Assembly (NCBI RefSeq): GCF_009914755.1
Contig: NC_060929.1
Direction: 5' to 3' (one strand)
Source: the human T2T-CHM13v2.0 reference genome, Homo sapiens
DNA length: 64,000 bases
A model generated the notes under the pieces. It saw nothing but the letters and a program-made list of their open reading frames with translations. It did not search any database and was not told the DNA's origin. Shown here one piece after another: positions 1 through 16,004 of the stretch. The translations under genes and the position numbers were made by a program. Each line of letters starts with the position of its first letter. Position 1 is the first letter of the stretch.

Positions 1-668
1 GAAACGCTTTTCTGGTTTCTTTATTCCTTTTTTCTTTGCCTTTTTCTTATGATAAAAAGGTACTTTCCTGATACCAGAAACCAGCAAAAGTTCACCTTAT
101 TGTACATTCCAAGTGTTTTAGAATTACTTGCAAGAAACTTCTGCAACTCTGATGAAGTCTGCTTGACCTTTCACCTGATGTAGAGTTCTGAACAGCACAA
201 GTCCTGCCCTTGTGGTGTTTCAAATAGCCTTGTCTCAGTAAGGTTGCAGACACCTGCCAAGCACCAAAACCGGCATATAAATGAGGGGCATGACACAGTA
301 AAGAGACAGATAGTTCAGCGTTACTGTTGTAAAGAGGGAAAATGTAATCAAGACCACATTGTTAAGAAATCACCGGTTCGGGGAATGAAGCACTTTAGAA
401 AGAGGACATGTAGGGTTCAAAATTATATAACACAAATATGAAAAGCTGTAAAGTGACCATACTGCTCAGTCACTTGTGTTTTCCAATATTTAAGCTCTGA
501 AGAGGGAACAAATCCCAGGTGTATCAGTGCTAGTTTCTATCATTCTTTGAAACAAAAACTCTGTTATTGTTGATGATGTTAATATTAAGAACAGATTGGA
601 AGCAAACTTGGCATGCTATCAATACCAGGTAAATTGTGTATCACTGTGTAATTACTAAACACCAGGTT

Positions 669-770
669 GACTCTATCCCCACTCTTTCCTCTACTATATA
701 GTTATCAGAAAGAAGAGAGACTCTATCCCCACTCTTTCCTCTAGTATATAGTTATGAGAAAGAATAGAGA
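669..770. repeat. 50-bp tandem duplication (2 copies, 3 mismatches)
   Basis: GACTCTATCCCCACTCTTTCCTCTA(C/G)TATATAGTTAT(C/G)AGAAAGAA(G/T)AGA at 669-718 and 719-768. Confidence 0.95.
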
Positions 771-897
771 GCAATATTGAAATCAGCACCAGAATCACAA
801 CAAAGAAATCATGACACTATCCTGAAAAACTATTTTGTAGTTTGCCTCCATAATACCAAGATACTGCTAGAAGACTAGGGCAATGATAATAATAATT

Positions 898-975
898 AGT
901 TTGGGACTATCATTGGATTGCAAAACAGATTTTTTTTTTTTACAGTTTGGAACTATCATTGGATTGCAAAACAGA
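898..975. repeat. 32-bp direct duplication (period 46) next to an Alu tail
   Basis: AGTTTGG(G/A)ACTATCATTGGATTGCAAAACAGA at 898-929 and 944-975, each followed by a T-rich run. Confidence 0.9.
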
Positions 976-4575
<3,600 letters not shown>

Positions 4576-5329
4576 CAAAACATGTTTGAAATTTTAACTT
4601 TAAGAATCCTCTTTAATCGAATAGAAGGAACAGGATCATTTAGCACACCAAAGCAACTAAGCTGATTTGTTTTACCTCACCTTGCTGTACCACTCAATAA
4701 CAACAGAAAATGGCAGCTTGCCCAAGTATTGAGTTTTGATTTCCAAACCAAATAATTTCAAAGAACCTGCATTATGCCTGCTACTCACCCCCACCGAGTA
4801 TGACACAAAATATTTCATTGAACTTTGATTTCAAACATGCCTCTCTAAGTTGATCATCCTCCTCTCCAGTAGACACAGACAGCATACTATTAGCAAGGTG
4901 ATAGTTACAGGATGAAACGTGGTTAGCAGATCAATGAGGGCAGTCAAAACAATACAAAAATTACAGGACAGAATGAAGGGGAAGGGACTGTGCAAACCAA
5001 ACATCTGCCCTGTAAAGAAAGAAGGCATGATTACAGGATATAAAGATCTTAGAGGTAAGAGCATAACGTGAGAAAAGGAAATTGGCATGACAGTGATAAA
5101 TAAGTCTAAATTTCCTTTTCAAGGAGGAATAGTGGAGCCAAACTAATAAAATTTTTAAGAAGTTCTGAAAGTAATAGTTGAAACTGATGCTGAAAAATGT
5201 CTCCATGTTGAGCCAATGAATATTTAAAATTCCTATATCTGAAACCAAGTCATCTTTCATCAAAATTCTCCTCCCCCTCGGCCTTTTACTTTTCAAGGCA
5301 TCCCATTTACCTGGTTATCCTGAATTAAC

Positions 5330-6075
5330 ATGCTGGTGATATTTTAACATCTTTACCTTTAATCATCATATTCAGACAGCAAGTCCAGTCACTTTTTTGT
5401 CCTTAATGTTGCCTAAATTCTCCTGTCTTCCAGTCTCGATGGCCACTACTGTAATTCAGGCTCTTGCTTCCTCTAACTTGCACTCCAAAACTGTTCTCAA
5501 CTGTAAGCTCTTCCTTCTCCCACCCACCTTATGGCCTGCTGGCCTGCTACTGTAGCAAGCCTAATACAAAACTATAATTTTGTCATTTTTGTGAACAGAA
5601 ACACTCAGGGATTCCTGACTATACCAAGTAGCTTGAGAATACCCACTCCTTGAATTCAAGGTTCTCCTTTGCCTCAGCATGCTCCATCTTACAGCTTTAT
5701 CTTTCACTGAATCTCGCCGCACGTGCAATTCCATAGCTTTTCCCAAAGACTCCCAGCTTTCCTTTCTTTAGTCTTTTGTTTTAGCAGTTCCTCCACATGT
5801 ACACCCACATTTCAAAATTCAGCTCAACCGCTACTCATACATAAAGTTTCCATGACCCTAGGAGAGAGAAAGCAATTTCTCCAGAAACACTCCATCACTT
5901 TGTTTCTAAATACCTGGTACCATTCTAATTTGTTTTAAAATAGTTTATGTATTTGTCACAGCTCCCCCTGTTGGACTGTATGTCCTGTAGGGCAAGAACC
6001 CAGCCTATTCACCTACTGTGTAAATGATTGTGTGCTACATATATGATGGGTGCATAATGGCTTTTGATGAATAAA
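5330..6075 (+). mobile_element. Highly diverged L2 remnant
   Basis: pyrimidine-rich L2-like text ending in TTGGACTGTATGTCCTGTAGGGCAAGAACC...GATGAATAAA; boundaries approximate. Confidence 0.5.
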
Positions 6076-7240
6076 GTGATAAATGAAAAAATTCAGAGTC
6101 AACATTTTAAAGAAGTTGCTACTCTTGCCAAAATAGGAGAAAAAAATCAAACTAAATGCAGTTTATTTCTAAATAAAGTGAGAAGCATTTACTTCATCTA
6201 TTTGGAGAACAACGTCATTCCAACCATCATCATGGTGGGCTTAGCTGTTTTATGACATTACCAAACTTTGCAACCAAGAAAAATCTCTACAGATTGAAAC
6301 CAGATAATATACTATGTTAATAATGGTTATATCTAAATTATAGTGTTTGGAATAATTTTAATATTTTTCATATATTTCTGCACTTTGTTATTGCATTTAT
6401 AACCAGAAGAACATTATTAGTAATAAAAATATTTTAACAATGGATTATCTTTGAATCAAATATTTTAAACATACAAATTTTGACCTGAGTAGTGTTGAAT
6501 CCTGAGGATACAAAAACCCTGCATAGGTTGAATGTGATATGGTTTATATTTTGGAAACATTACTCTAAAGATAATTTTAAAATATAGTGAAGGAAGTAAA
6601 AACTTGATACTAAGAGGCCAATAAAGAGGCTGTTGTTACTGTTGATGTAAATGATACGGGCTTGAACTAAGATTAAAGCAGTGGTAAGTGAAATGAGAAG
6701 ACAGGGAAGAGAGAAAAGTTCAAATCGTAATTAATGAGGTTTGATTACAAATTCAGTTAATCTGAGGGAGTAGGAAGACTTCTCAATATATGAGGGCCGT
6801 TCATAACCTGATAAATAAGGTTTGGCTTTACATGCTAAGGGGTGAGAGTTAATGACCAAGAAGTTAGTTGACAGATGGTTCTAACAGAAGCACTAACGGG
6901 GAAGAAAACCACAGGGGAAAGAAACCTAATACATGAGATCATAGCTTTTGGGACTTTTGATGAGTGTGAGTCATATAGTCGGAAGAGATAACAAGGTTTC
7001 CTATCGAAATTGTTTAAGGGAGGAGAGATACTGCCAAGACTGGCTCTGCTGGAAAGATGGTGACACATTTCTCTGAGAAGAACAAGTAGCTAGTCCCTGA
7101 AGGGAAATATGTGGCTCTAGAAAGCGAGTCGGGGAGGGGAGCAGATTGTAACTTAGGGTGAATGTTTGTGGGGTTTAGTAGTGGTGGGGAATCAATTGGT
7201 TTAATTTATTACTGATATTAATAATAGCAAGAAGTCCCCC

Positions 7241-7729
7241 TTTTAAAATTTTCTTTATTTCCATAGGTTATTGGTGAACAGGTGGTGTTTGGTTACCTAA
7301 GTAAGTTATTTAGTGGTGATTTGTGAGAGTTTGGTGCACCCATCAGCTGAGCAGTATACACTGCACTCAACTTGTAGTCTTTTATCCCTCACTCCCTTCC
7401 CACCCTTTCCTCTTGAGTCCCCAAAGTCCATTGTGTCATTCTTATGCCTTTGCATTCTCATAGCTTAGCTCCCACATAAAACATATGATGTTTGGTTTTC
7501 CACTCCTGAGTTACTTCACTTATAATAATAGTCTCCAATCTTATCCAGGTTGCTGTGAATGCCATTCATTCATTCATTTTTATGGCTGTGTAGTATTCTA
7601 TCGTATATGTATACCACAGTTTCTTTATCTACTTGTTGATTGATGGACATTTGGGTTGGTTCCACATTTTTGCAATTGCAAATTGTGCTGCTATAAGCAT
7701 GCATGTGCAAGTATCTTTTTTGTATAACA
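7241..7729 (-). mobile_element. L1PB-like 3' end fragment
   Basis: CAGGTGGTGTTTGGTTAC...TAGTGGTGATTTGTGAGAGTTTGGTGCACCCATCA; AAGTCCCC TSD at 7232-7239 and 7733-7740. Confidence 0.88.
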
Positions 7730-7959
7730 AATAAGTCCCCAATTTGCATTGTATATTTTTAAGACTTAATAACATACATTTTTTGGCATTTAGTGTAACT
7801 GCTCTATCTGCTGCTGTTTTAATATAGAAATGTATGGAAATATATTATTTTACTGCATTTATTTAGAGACATTAACCCTTCAAGTTCTGTAACCATAATT
7901 AAGCTTGAACCAACTATACAAAAATCAATTATACACTGTGTTACTGTGTAGAAAATACC

Positions 7960-8260
7960 TTTTTTTTTTTTTTTTTTTTTTGAGACTGAGTCTCACCTTG
8001 TTGCCCAAGCTAGAACGTAGTGGTGCGATCTCAGCTCACTGCAACCTCTGCCTCCCAGGTTCAAGCAATTTCTACCTCAGCCTCCTGAGTAGCTACAATT
8101 ACAGGCACGTGACACCATGCCTGGCTAATTTTTGTATTTTTAGTAAAGAGGAGGTTCACCATGTTGACCATGCTCGTCTCCAACTCTTGACCTCAAGTGA
8201 TCCACCCCACTTGGCCTCCCAAAGTGCTGAGATAACAGGCTTGAGCCACTGCACCCAGCC
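7960..8260 (-). mobile_element. Full-length Alu (AluSx/Sz-like)
   Basis: poly-T, two arms with TAATTTTTGTATTTTTAGTA linker; degenerate TSD AGAAAATACC/AGAAACAATC. Confidence 0.95.
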
Positions 8261-8464
8261 AGAAACAATCTTTAAGCTAGTTTTATAATGTGAACCCTAT
8301 TTCAGAAAAAGCATTTATCTTACAATCATTATCTTCCATCTTTTACTAAAATACATATCATACCAATACATTCCTTATTTTTAGCTACAAACATTATATT
8401 GGACTATTAAATTCTGCTTCAACATTCCCTAAGAATCATAAAATGCCCATGACATGGGTTAGAA

Positions 8465-8567
8465 TAGAAAAGATCCAAGTTCTGGTTCTATCTCCAGAAC
8501 TTATTAGCATTTTGATCTTGGGAAAATTAATAAACCTTTCTGTACCTTGATTCTCTTGTCTATGAAC
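8465..8567 (+). mobile_element. MIR core remnant
   Basis: ACTTATTAGCATTTTGATCTTGGGAAAATTAATAAACCTTTCTGTACCTTGATTCTCTTGTCTATGAA resembles the MIR core. Confidence 0.6.
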
Positions 8568-8589
8568 ATTTCAGCTGCAGGAACTGTAA

Positions 8590-8715
8590 ATTAATTTGGT
8601 ATAAATACTCCTACCATGGCAAATTTAACAATCCACTCACAAAATTCCTGAATATTTAATAATCAGCTCTAGCGAGTTGGTAGAATCAGTACAAGCTACA
8701 TCCAGCATACTGTGG
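8590..8715 (-). mobile_element. MER63-like hAT DNA transposon relic
   Basis: GGTATAAATACTCCTACCATGGC and CAAAATTCCTGAATATTTAATAATCAGCTCT...TCCAGCATAC. Confidence 0.6.
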
Positions 8716-8751
8716 TTAAAGAAAATAGATAATAAAGTTTCAGGAAGCAAG

Positions 8752-8808
8752 AGGCCTCAGGGTAGAAATAATGCTTAAAAAGGCCTCAGGGTAGAAGTAA
8801 TGCTTAAA
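8752..8808. repeat. 29-bp tandem duplication
   Basis: AGGCCTCAGGGTAGAA(A/G)TAATGCTTAAA twice. Confidence 0.93.
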
Positions 8809-9530
8809 TGCAAGTCAAAATTAGGTTTAACTCAACAGAAGACCCAGATGTAAGATCATTAACTTCAAAAGCCATGGAATTAATAATCATAACAATAGGT
8901 GGAAAAGATATATTAAATTGTAAAACTTGGAAGATTGAAACCTGGAGAAGAGGTGAGGGAGCTATAAAAAATGAAATATATGTCAATTTAGCTAACAAGT
9001 CTGTAAAGAGCAGGGTTTTCAAAAAGAGGTCGTGTGATCACTTATTAAAAGTTGATATAAAAAAGAATATATACAGACACTGCAGAATGAATATAAGCTC
9101 ACACGTACTATTATTTCTATACCAACAGCCAGCTGAAGGCAGCCCAGGTTATTAGATTGGATAGTCAACAAGATCGACTCTATTATGTTTTGCTCAAGAT
9201 GAAGAAATAATAGAATAATGAATTAGTTGTTATCTAGTTCCAGATTTGTATTTTGTGCCATTACTTTCACGATTTCCTAAATGTGCATCTATTCCTACTC
9301 ACATCCCATACTCATTCCCACCCTAGTTTAAAAAAAATTAATCCAAATATCAGCCCCACACTTAATAAAATTAGTAATTCCAGCATACTTTTTCTAGCTA
9401 GGGATTAAGAAATTCAGTTTTGTTTGTAGGGCTCTCACATGGCCCTTCTCCATCCCTGTGTTCAACTCACCAAATTTTTATTATTCCAACCCTATATAGA
9501 TAAAATGTGTCAGAGACAAAACGTGATTCC

Positions 9531-9975
9531 TTTGGAGTCTGAATTAGGGAAAGAGAATCAGACTGGTGGGAGCATGGGAAAGCAAAAAGAGAAGGCAGAT
9601 AAGCTACAAGTCTGCCTTTCTTCGTGGTCTAGGATCAAATATTTTAAATATACACAGCCCTCCTATTCAAATAACCCACAATCTTCCTGCATCCAACTAT
9701 CACCAGACTGTTTCAAGTTAGCTCACTGCAACCTTGGCATTATCAGTACTGCACAAAGCCCTCTTCAGCACACAGCATAAACACTATTCTACAAAATCCC
9801 CAGCAAGCCTTTGATTTTTGGCAGTCAGCTTCTCTTCTGCTGATCCTGCCTGTTGCCTCATCACAAGTATTTTCCTACTTTGTCTAATAAATCTGCCTGT
9901 CTCTACCTACAACTGTCTTGGTAAATTCTTTTACCCTGTGCCACCGGCCCAGATAGTCTTCACTCCCTGGTGATA
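9531..9975 (+). mobile_element. Solo LTR, ERVL-class (LTR47-like, tentative name)
   Basis: 445 bp flanked by a 5-bp TSD ATTCC (9526-9530, 9976-9980); AATAAA near 9886 followed by an LTR-type U5 end. Confidence 0.8.
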
Positions 9976-10558
9976 ATTCCCCAAAAAATCTACACTACTC
10001 AAAGCTTATGCATATACCAAGATTGTCTTTCCATGAGTTTAGCCTTTGTTATTCTCCTTAGTGTTCTCCCTAAAATAAGTACCAAGTGCTTGAATTAAAT
10101 CTTTATAGCCTATTTTTTTTCCAAGAAGCTGAGTTCTATTCCCTGAATCCACATATGGTCAGATCTCTACCTGCTATCAGCATGATTTGTGAATAGAACT
10201 CTTTCTAGTAGTGTCTAGTTGTTAAACTGGTCTTCCTAATACGGATTATTTCCTAAACTATATCTGACTTCATTATACCTCTTTTTTTCCATAAAGGTTT
10301 AGACTGTTGAATGTACTTACTCTTTGTGGTGAGTAGCTATACTCAATCTTGTTCCCCCACATCTGGCCTAGCTATATCTGTTGAAGTACTTCTTACCCCT
10401 GTGTTATTGCTCAGGACCCCTATGCCTACCCATAGGGTTGGCTTCTAGCTTGGGACTGACTTCATACTAAACTGTATTATTCAATACCAAAACCAAATTT
10501 CCGCAACCAGAGTGCAGCATACTTACTGTACTCTACCAAAACCACAGTGTGTTTTCAG

Positions 10559-10669
10559 GTGGGAAGACGGAAAGGATTAATTCACAAGACCCATGCGTCT
10601 CATTTAAAAAGCAGCCAGGATACTTAAATATAAAGAACATCTTGAATAGACTAGACAGAGTTCATTCAG
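10559..10669 (+). other. Candidate cassette exon (unverified)
   Basis: GTGTTTTCAG| acceptor, CAG|GTAATG donor, 111 bp, one open frame. Confidence 0.2.
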
Positions 10670-11368
10670 GTAATGAGGAGGGCATTCCAGGAATGCGCTA
10701 TTAGATTATCTACAAAATCTGTTCCTTGTATCATAATACCATGCAAAAAGATATTTTTTTCTGTAGGATGTGTTGATAATTATTCTCTTGGGAGGGGAAA
10801 GTCAAGGAAATAAACTTTCTTTCAGATGCCTGCTGGTGAATGGAGAATAGAGGTTATCTATTCTAAATTCTTGGCTACAATTTTAAAGTAAATATAGATG
10901 CTAAACCTTCATGAAGATCTAAGCAATTTTTAAAATTGATGTCAAACTATGCAAAGAGGACTGAAAAAAAGTTTCACCTCTAAGAAAAAGTTTAAGCTTG
11001 AAAATGGGCAAAAGATACCATTTAAATGACCTTTCTGTGGCATGCTGGTTGTTGTCTAGTGGACTCCTCAAGGATAATTTGATTCTCTAGGAGAATACAA
11101 TTTAGATTGCTTTTTTGTTGTTGACAAGGCTATTGTATGTTTTGTAGGTTTGGACACTAAATTGTAGAAATGAAGTTACAAATGATTCCTCTTTATGGCA
11201 ATATAAATTGTTCCTATTCATAACTGTGTAAATTAAATTTATTCAGTAAAGATAAAATTGAATTCCCCCTGGTTGAAACAATAATGCAAACATTACAATT
11301 TATTGTCCGATACAATATTAAGCAATTTGGTTTCTATTAGCAAATTCATTTCAGTATTGCCAACTGAC

Positions 11369-11413
11369 TATACATACATACATATATATGTGTGTATATA
11401 CACACATATATAT
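11369..11413. repeat. TA/TG/CA microsatellite containing a perfect 32-bp palindrome (11382-11413)
   Basis: ATATATATGTGTGTATATACACACATATATAT equals its own reverse complement. Confidence 0.9.
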
Positions 11414-11477
11414 CTCAGTTCCACAAATTTTCTTTTGAACTTTATCTTACTGCTTCTCCTGTTTAGAAATTAGTTGA

Positions 11478-11787
11478 GGCTGGGTGTAGTGGCTCATGTC
11501 TGTAATCCCAATACTTTGGGAAGCCAAGATGAGCAGATCGCTTGAGCCCAGGAGTTCAAAACCAGCTTGGGCAACATGGCAAAACTCTGTCGCTACAAAA
11601 GTACAAAAATTAGCTGGCCATGGTGGCACATGCCTATACTCCCAGCTACTCAGGAGGCTGAGGCAGGAGGATTGCTTGATCCTAGTAAGTCGAGGCTACA
11701 GTAAGTCAAGATCTTGCAACTGCACTCCAGCCTGGGTGACAGAGCAGGACCCTGTCTCCATTTTTTAAAAAGGAGGGGAAAGAAAAT
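11478..11787 (+). mobile_element. Full-length AluJ with degenerate tail
   Basis: GCTTGAGCCCAGGAGTTC, GGAGGATTGCTTGA and GAGGCTACAGT J-type features; TSD AAATTAGTTGA at 11467-11477 and 11788-11798. Confidence 0.95.
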
Positions 11788-13409
11788 AAATTAGTTGAAA
11801 TCTTTAATGCGCTTTTGTTTTACATTTGCCTGAGTCCTTACTTTATTTTTTCAGAAATTTACTGCAAACTAATCAATATCTTTTTACCCTAAAGAAATAA
11901 AGCCTCACCACAGAGATATTTTGGGTGTTGACTAGACAGTCCTTAGCCTCTGGAGATTCTCACATGAATACAGCTTCATTTCCTAATTTTACCACCTATT
12001 TTTTTTCCCAAAGTTCATCTCTTGAATAAGAATTTCGTGACTGTCAATATTCCCAACTCTCCCATATCTTCTTTCACCACAACCCTATGTGTTTGTAAAG
12101 TCACAACTTCCTTTCCTTGGAAATTGTCACCTACCAATATCTGTCTTATCTCTTATAAATTGCATATTTAAATGTCTGTTACTTGCTAAAGGGAAGAATG
12201 CTTCTTGGGACCCGGTGGGTGGAGAAAAAAAGAATTTGAAAATTCCCTATTCTTAGCTGTTACCTAGTCTTTCCTCCAAAGAAAAACAAAAATGAAACAA
12301 GAGATCACACTGTGAGGATTAGATAACCTGCCAGAAAAACTTGACCAGGATTGCATAAGAGATTTCCATTCTTTCTGTTAACTTATCTTAGACTTGATTA
12401 TGCTAAAACACATACCCTCACCAATTCCACCCCATACACACACCCCATTTATATTCCAAAGCCTTCTTCCATTAGCCCAACAATAAGCAGCACCTGCACA
12501 ACTTCTGCCTAATTCCTGGTTTTTATTTCTGGTTGTAAGAGATGGCAAGAAGCAGAGTTATTAGGGACTAATGAAGTAGAAATATCTGGAAAAGTAATCC
12601 CACCTCACAAGAATTGAATCTGGAAATGTGAACATATTGATTCCACCATAATCTCTAATACAATCTCTTACTTAGAGATTGTTACCTGGCACATAGCAGG
12701 TACTCTATCAACATTCATTGCATTATTTTTTTTTAATGGTATCAGTAGACTTCACAGATACAAAGGTACTTGCTATACCCATTCCATGTCTTTGGCTTGA
12801 TGGTCACTTGTGAATATAAGTATTTTCAATGAACTCAAGTCCCAAGTGACAAAAGTGTCTCTGAACCAAGGAATCCTATGGTTTATGAATTTTGAAATCC
12901 TATTTTCATTGTTTTACCTTGTTTCCTACTTATTTTTCTCATCAAAGAAAGTTTCTGGGATTTAACAACTACACTCTCTTTTCCTGAGTCATGCAGCTAA
13001 CACCCATTATGTGTTCAGCTAACATTGTGTCTGGCTGCCTGAATTTCTTTTGACACCTTTGTTCTGCCAAAACCCTTCTGGTAAAAAGGAGTTTACAGGC
13101 AGGGGAATGTGTGGGTAGAAGGGGGAAAAACACATATATGCACAAACTTTGAAATGAAAAATAAACCAAAGCGTAATCTTTGTTGAATTGTGATGGGCTC
13201 AGCCACAGATAATGCTTTGCAGAGTTTCTCTCCTGTAGAGATTTGTCAGTGATTCACCTTGAATAGAAGATTGTTACATCCTATCTGAAAAAGGGTCTGT
13301 TGTTTTCCTCATAACTTTCATCTGCAGCTGATGTCAAACTTCAGATATTTCAGTCAGGGGTCAAAACTGTTATTGTCATTAAAATGAGTCTGGAGATTAA
13401 CTCTAGAGA

Positions 13410-13537
13410 TGTGATGTGAATAGTTAAGATGTACTCTCTGCACATTTCAAGTAGGCAATAAATTATTATTATTAACTATATTCACCATGTTGTACACGGT
13501 CTATCCAGAACTTATGCATCTCATAACTGCAAGTTTG
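13410..13537 (-). mobile_element. L1MA-like extreme 3' end fragment
   Basis: TTAAGATGTACTCTC...TTATTAACTATATTCACCATGTTGTAC...CCAGAACTTAT...TAACTGCAAGTTTGT. Confidence 0.65.
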
Positions 13538-13744
13538 TTTAATATATGTTGACTGTGCTCTAAATGCAAAGCTCTCCAGAAAGGGGACTAATTATTTTCT
13601 TCCAAAATTTTATCAAAGTTAGACAGCAGATAAAAGGCCAGCAAGAAGCAACAAAATATGTTTATGTAACCTCAGTGCTCTTAAATGACTGTACATGACA
13701 CCATAATAACAATGCCTTTTTTGGTACAGCAGCATCTTTTCATG

Positions 13745-13865
13745 GAATAATGATCATTTTATGGACATAATTGAGGCTCAGTGAAGTTAACAGCATGTCC
13801 AGGGTCCCACAGGTGTAAGTAGTGGAACTAGCACCTTTTCCTACTTGTCCTAGTCCATGTCCAGT
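13745..13865 (-). mobile_element. MIR remnant
   Basis: ATTTTATGGACATAATTGAGGCTCAGTGAAGTTAA...CCAGGGTCCCACAG. Confidence 0.6.
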
Positions 13866-13869
13866 GTTT

Positions 13870-14611
13870 TGTAACCACGCAGTGGGTTCATTTTGCCCGC
13901 TCCCTGGATAAAGCTGATTTATCAAGACAGGAGAATTGCAATAGAGAAGGAGCTTAATTCACACAGTCAGCTGAACGGGAGACCAGTTTTATTATTACTC
14001 ACATCAGTCTCCTAGAAAATTCAAATTCAGAGGCTGGAATTTTTCAAGGATAGTTGGGGGGAAGAAAGAGCGGTCACTAGACAATAAGAACTTGCTGCTG
14101 ATTGGTTGAGGGTGCAATTATAGGGATATGGTAAATGATCCTCATGTATGCTGAATCACTTTTGGGTGGGGCCACAAGAGAGGTTGGTGTGTCCAGGTGG
14201 AGCCATTAATGGTCAAACATGCAAAAAATCTGAAAAGACATCGCAAAAGGCTAATCTTAGGTTCTACAATAGTGACATTATCTGCAGGAGTATGTGGGAC
14301 AATTGCATATCTTGTGACCTCCAGAATAATAGCAGGTAATCATTTATGTCTGCGCCTTAGCAGAATTCAGGCTTCTCTTACCCTCTTAACCTGGTGGTCT
14401 CTCATTAGCTTTACAAAGGAGGTTGAGTTTTGGGAAAGAGCTATTACCATTTAACCTATAAACTAAATTTCTCCCAAAGTTAGCTTGGCCCAAGCCCAGG
14501 AATAATTCAGGGCAGTTTGAAGGCTAAAGACAAGATGGGGGAGAGGTTAGATTAGATATCTTTTACTGCCATAATTTTCTCACTGTTATAATATTTGCAA
14601 AGGCAGTTTCA
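13870..14611 (-). mobile_element. Solo ERV1 LTR, LTR8 family (LTR8A/LTR8B-like)
   Basis: TG...CA termini; minus-strand start TGAAACTGCCTTTGCAAATATTATAACAGTGAGAAAATTATGGCAGT; 4-bp TSD GTTT/ATTT with one mismatch. Confidence 0.88.
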
Positions 14612-15838
14612 ATTTTCATTGAGCCAAACTGATGTATCCCTTTCAGTATACGTGGAAATCTATATATACAGAGGATATATTTTAATCCACAGTGGAAGAA
14701 AAATTGGGAATAATAAAATGCTTTGCATTACAATTCTAGTGAATTTTCTTAACATTTGAGAACATATGAGCAACCCTCCTGAAGATCTTAAATAATAACA
14801 GTGCTGGTGTTTGTTTTACATCTAAGGAAACCTAACAACCAGTTATTTGCCAAGTCCTCTCTGGGTATGTTAATAAGGTGTTAGCTATAGTATTTAAATA
14901 TCTATTCCCTACACCCATTTAAAAATAAACCTGATTATTCAGATGAGGAATCCGAGACCCAAGCAGTTTACAAGATCCTGCAGAGTTAATGACAGAATGG
15001 AAGGAATAAATTTTAGGCCCAAATTTTGTAACTCACCTAGCCTGGAAACCAACATGACTATTATTTCTGGAGTGGCAGAACATTGTCTCAGATCACAGTT
15101 CATTTAAGTGAGTGGGAAGATAAGAGTTACATAACATCTTTCATCTCCAGTAAATTTTGTCAGTAGAAGTCATTTACATTCTGGCAACAAGCACCCCCTG
15201 ATATTCCTGTTGGTGCATTCTATGTAAAAGGCCTGCTGTGACCTAGAAAATGGTGAATTCATTTGCATAATCAGTTCACGCACTGTCCTTGTGCTGAAGT
15301 ATATTTAGAAGGGCTATGTTTACAAGAACAAGATCAAGAGCTTTTGAGAAAACCCACATGGCCACTTTTTTAAAGTCTTGGTGAAATGTACTATTGAAGA
15401 GGGGCTATAGTTTCTTGCCAATTTGGGATTAATGTAGTATTTTATAAGGAGAGGGATTAATTTATAGAACATATTACTCCAAAAGAGGTCTTACTCAAAA
15501 AATATAAATGCAGTAAGATACAGTTGGAAGCATTTATTAATGCCAGGGATACACATGGGTTAGCATTAATTTTGCAGTCAATTATAGGAAGACTGTACAC
15601 CTTCTAATCCTAGCATGGCCACTGATTAATCATATCCTCTAGCCATGCCATTTAAAATTGTTTGGATTCTACCTCCTCATTTGTGGAATTAAAGATTGAA
15701 TTCATAAGTCATTGACTTATTGTCCCTATGTAGAATTTAGCCAGTATAGATTTTTATTTATCCAGCTCAGTGTTTTTAAAAATGTGAATATGAATGGAAT
15801 TTTTAATACTCCTTTGAGTTTGCTAATATTGCACATAC

Positions 15839-16004
15839 CTTTCCCAGCATGGAAAACATCAGAGTCTTCTTCACCCCTCTCAGAATTACTCATTGAATTA
15901 CATATCTCAACATCTATTTTGACCACTCCTGCTTCTTTAGTTGTCAAGTTAAACTCAATGACTGAAGAAAGGGATTCTCTCATTTGAGGCACCTTCTCTA
16001 AGAG
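15839..16004 (-). other. Candidate exon (unverified)
   Basis: minus strand CTGTATAG| acceptor and AAAG|GTATGT donor bound a 166-bp open frame (LLEKVPQMRESLSSVIEF...DVFHAGK). Confidence 0.2.

Noticed and set aside
669-975. Short repeats as a CRISPR-like array
   Set aside because: Only two copies each, no unique regularly sized spacers, and the context is eukaryotic.
7905-8288. Alu-derived ORFs (also 918, 11496, 19339, 36330-36628, 58570-59110)
   Set aside because: Typical Alu read-through peptides; no evidence of a gene.
8808-9155. 115-aa ORF in apparently unique DNA
   Set aside because: No recognisable domain or convincing splice signals; its start lies at the edge of a tandem duplication; length is compatible with chance.
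15198-15270. CTCF-like AGGGGGTGC and octamer ATTTGCAT
   Set aside because: The CTCF 5' half does not match and the octamer lacks an adjacent SOX site; single short motifs are expected by chance in 64 kb.
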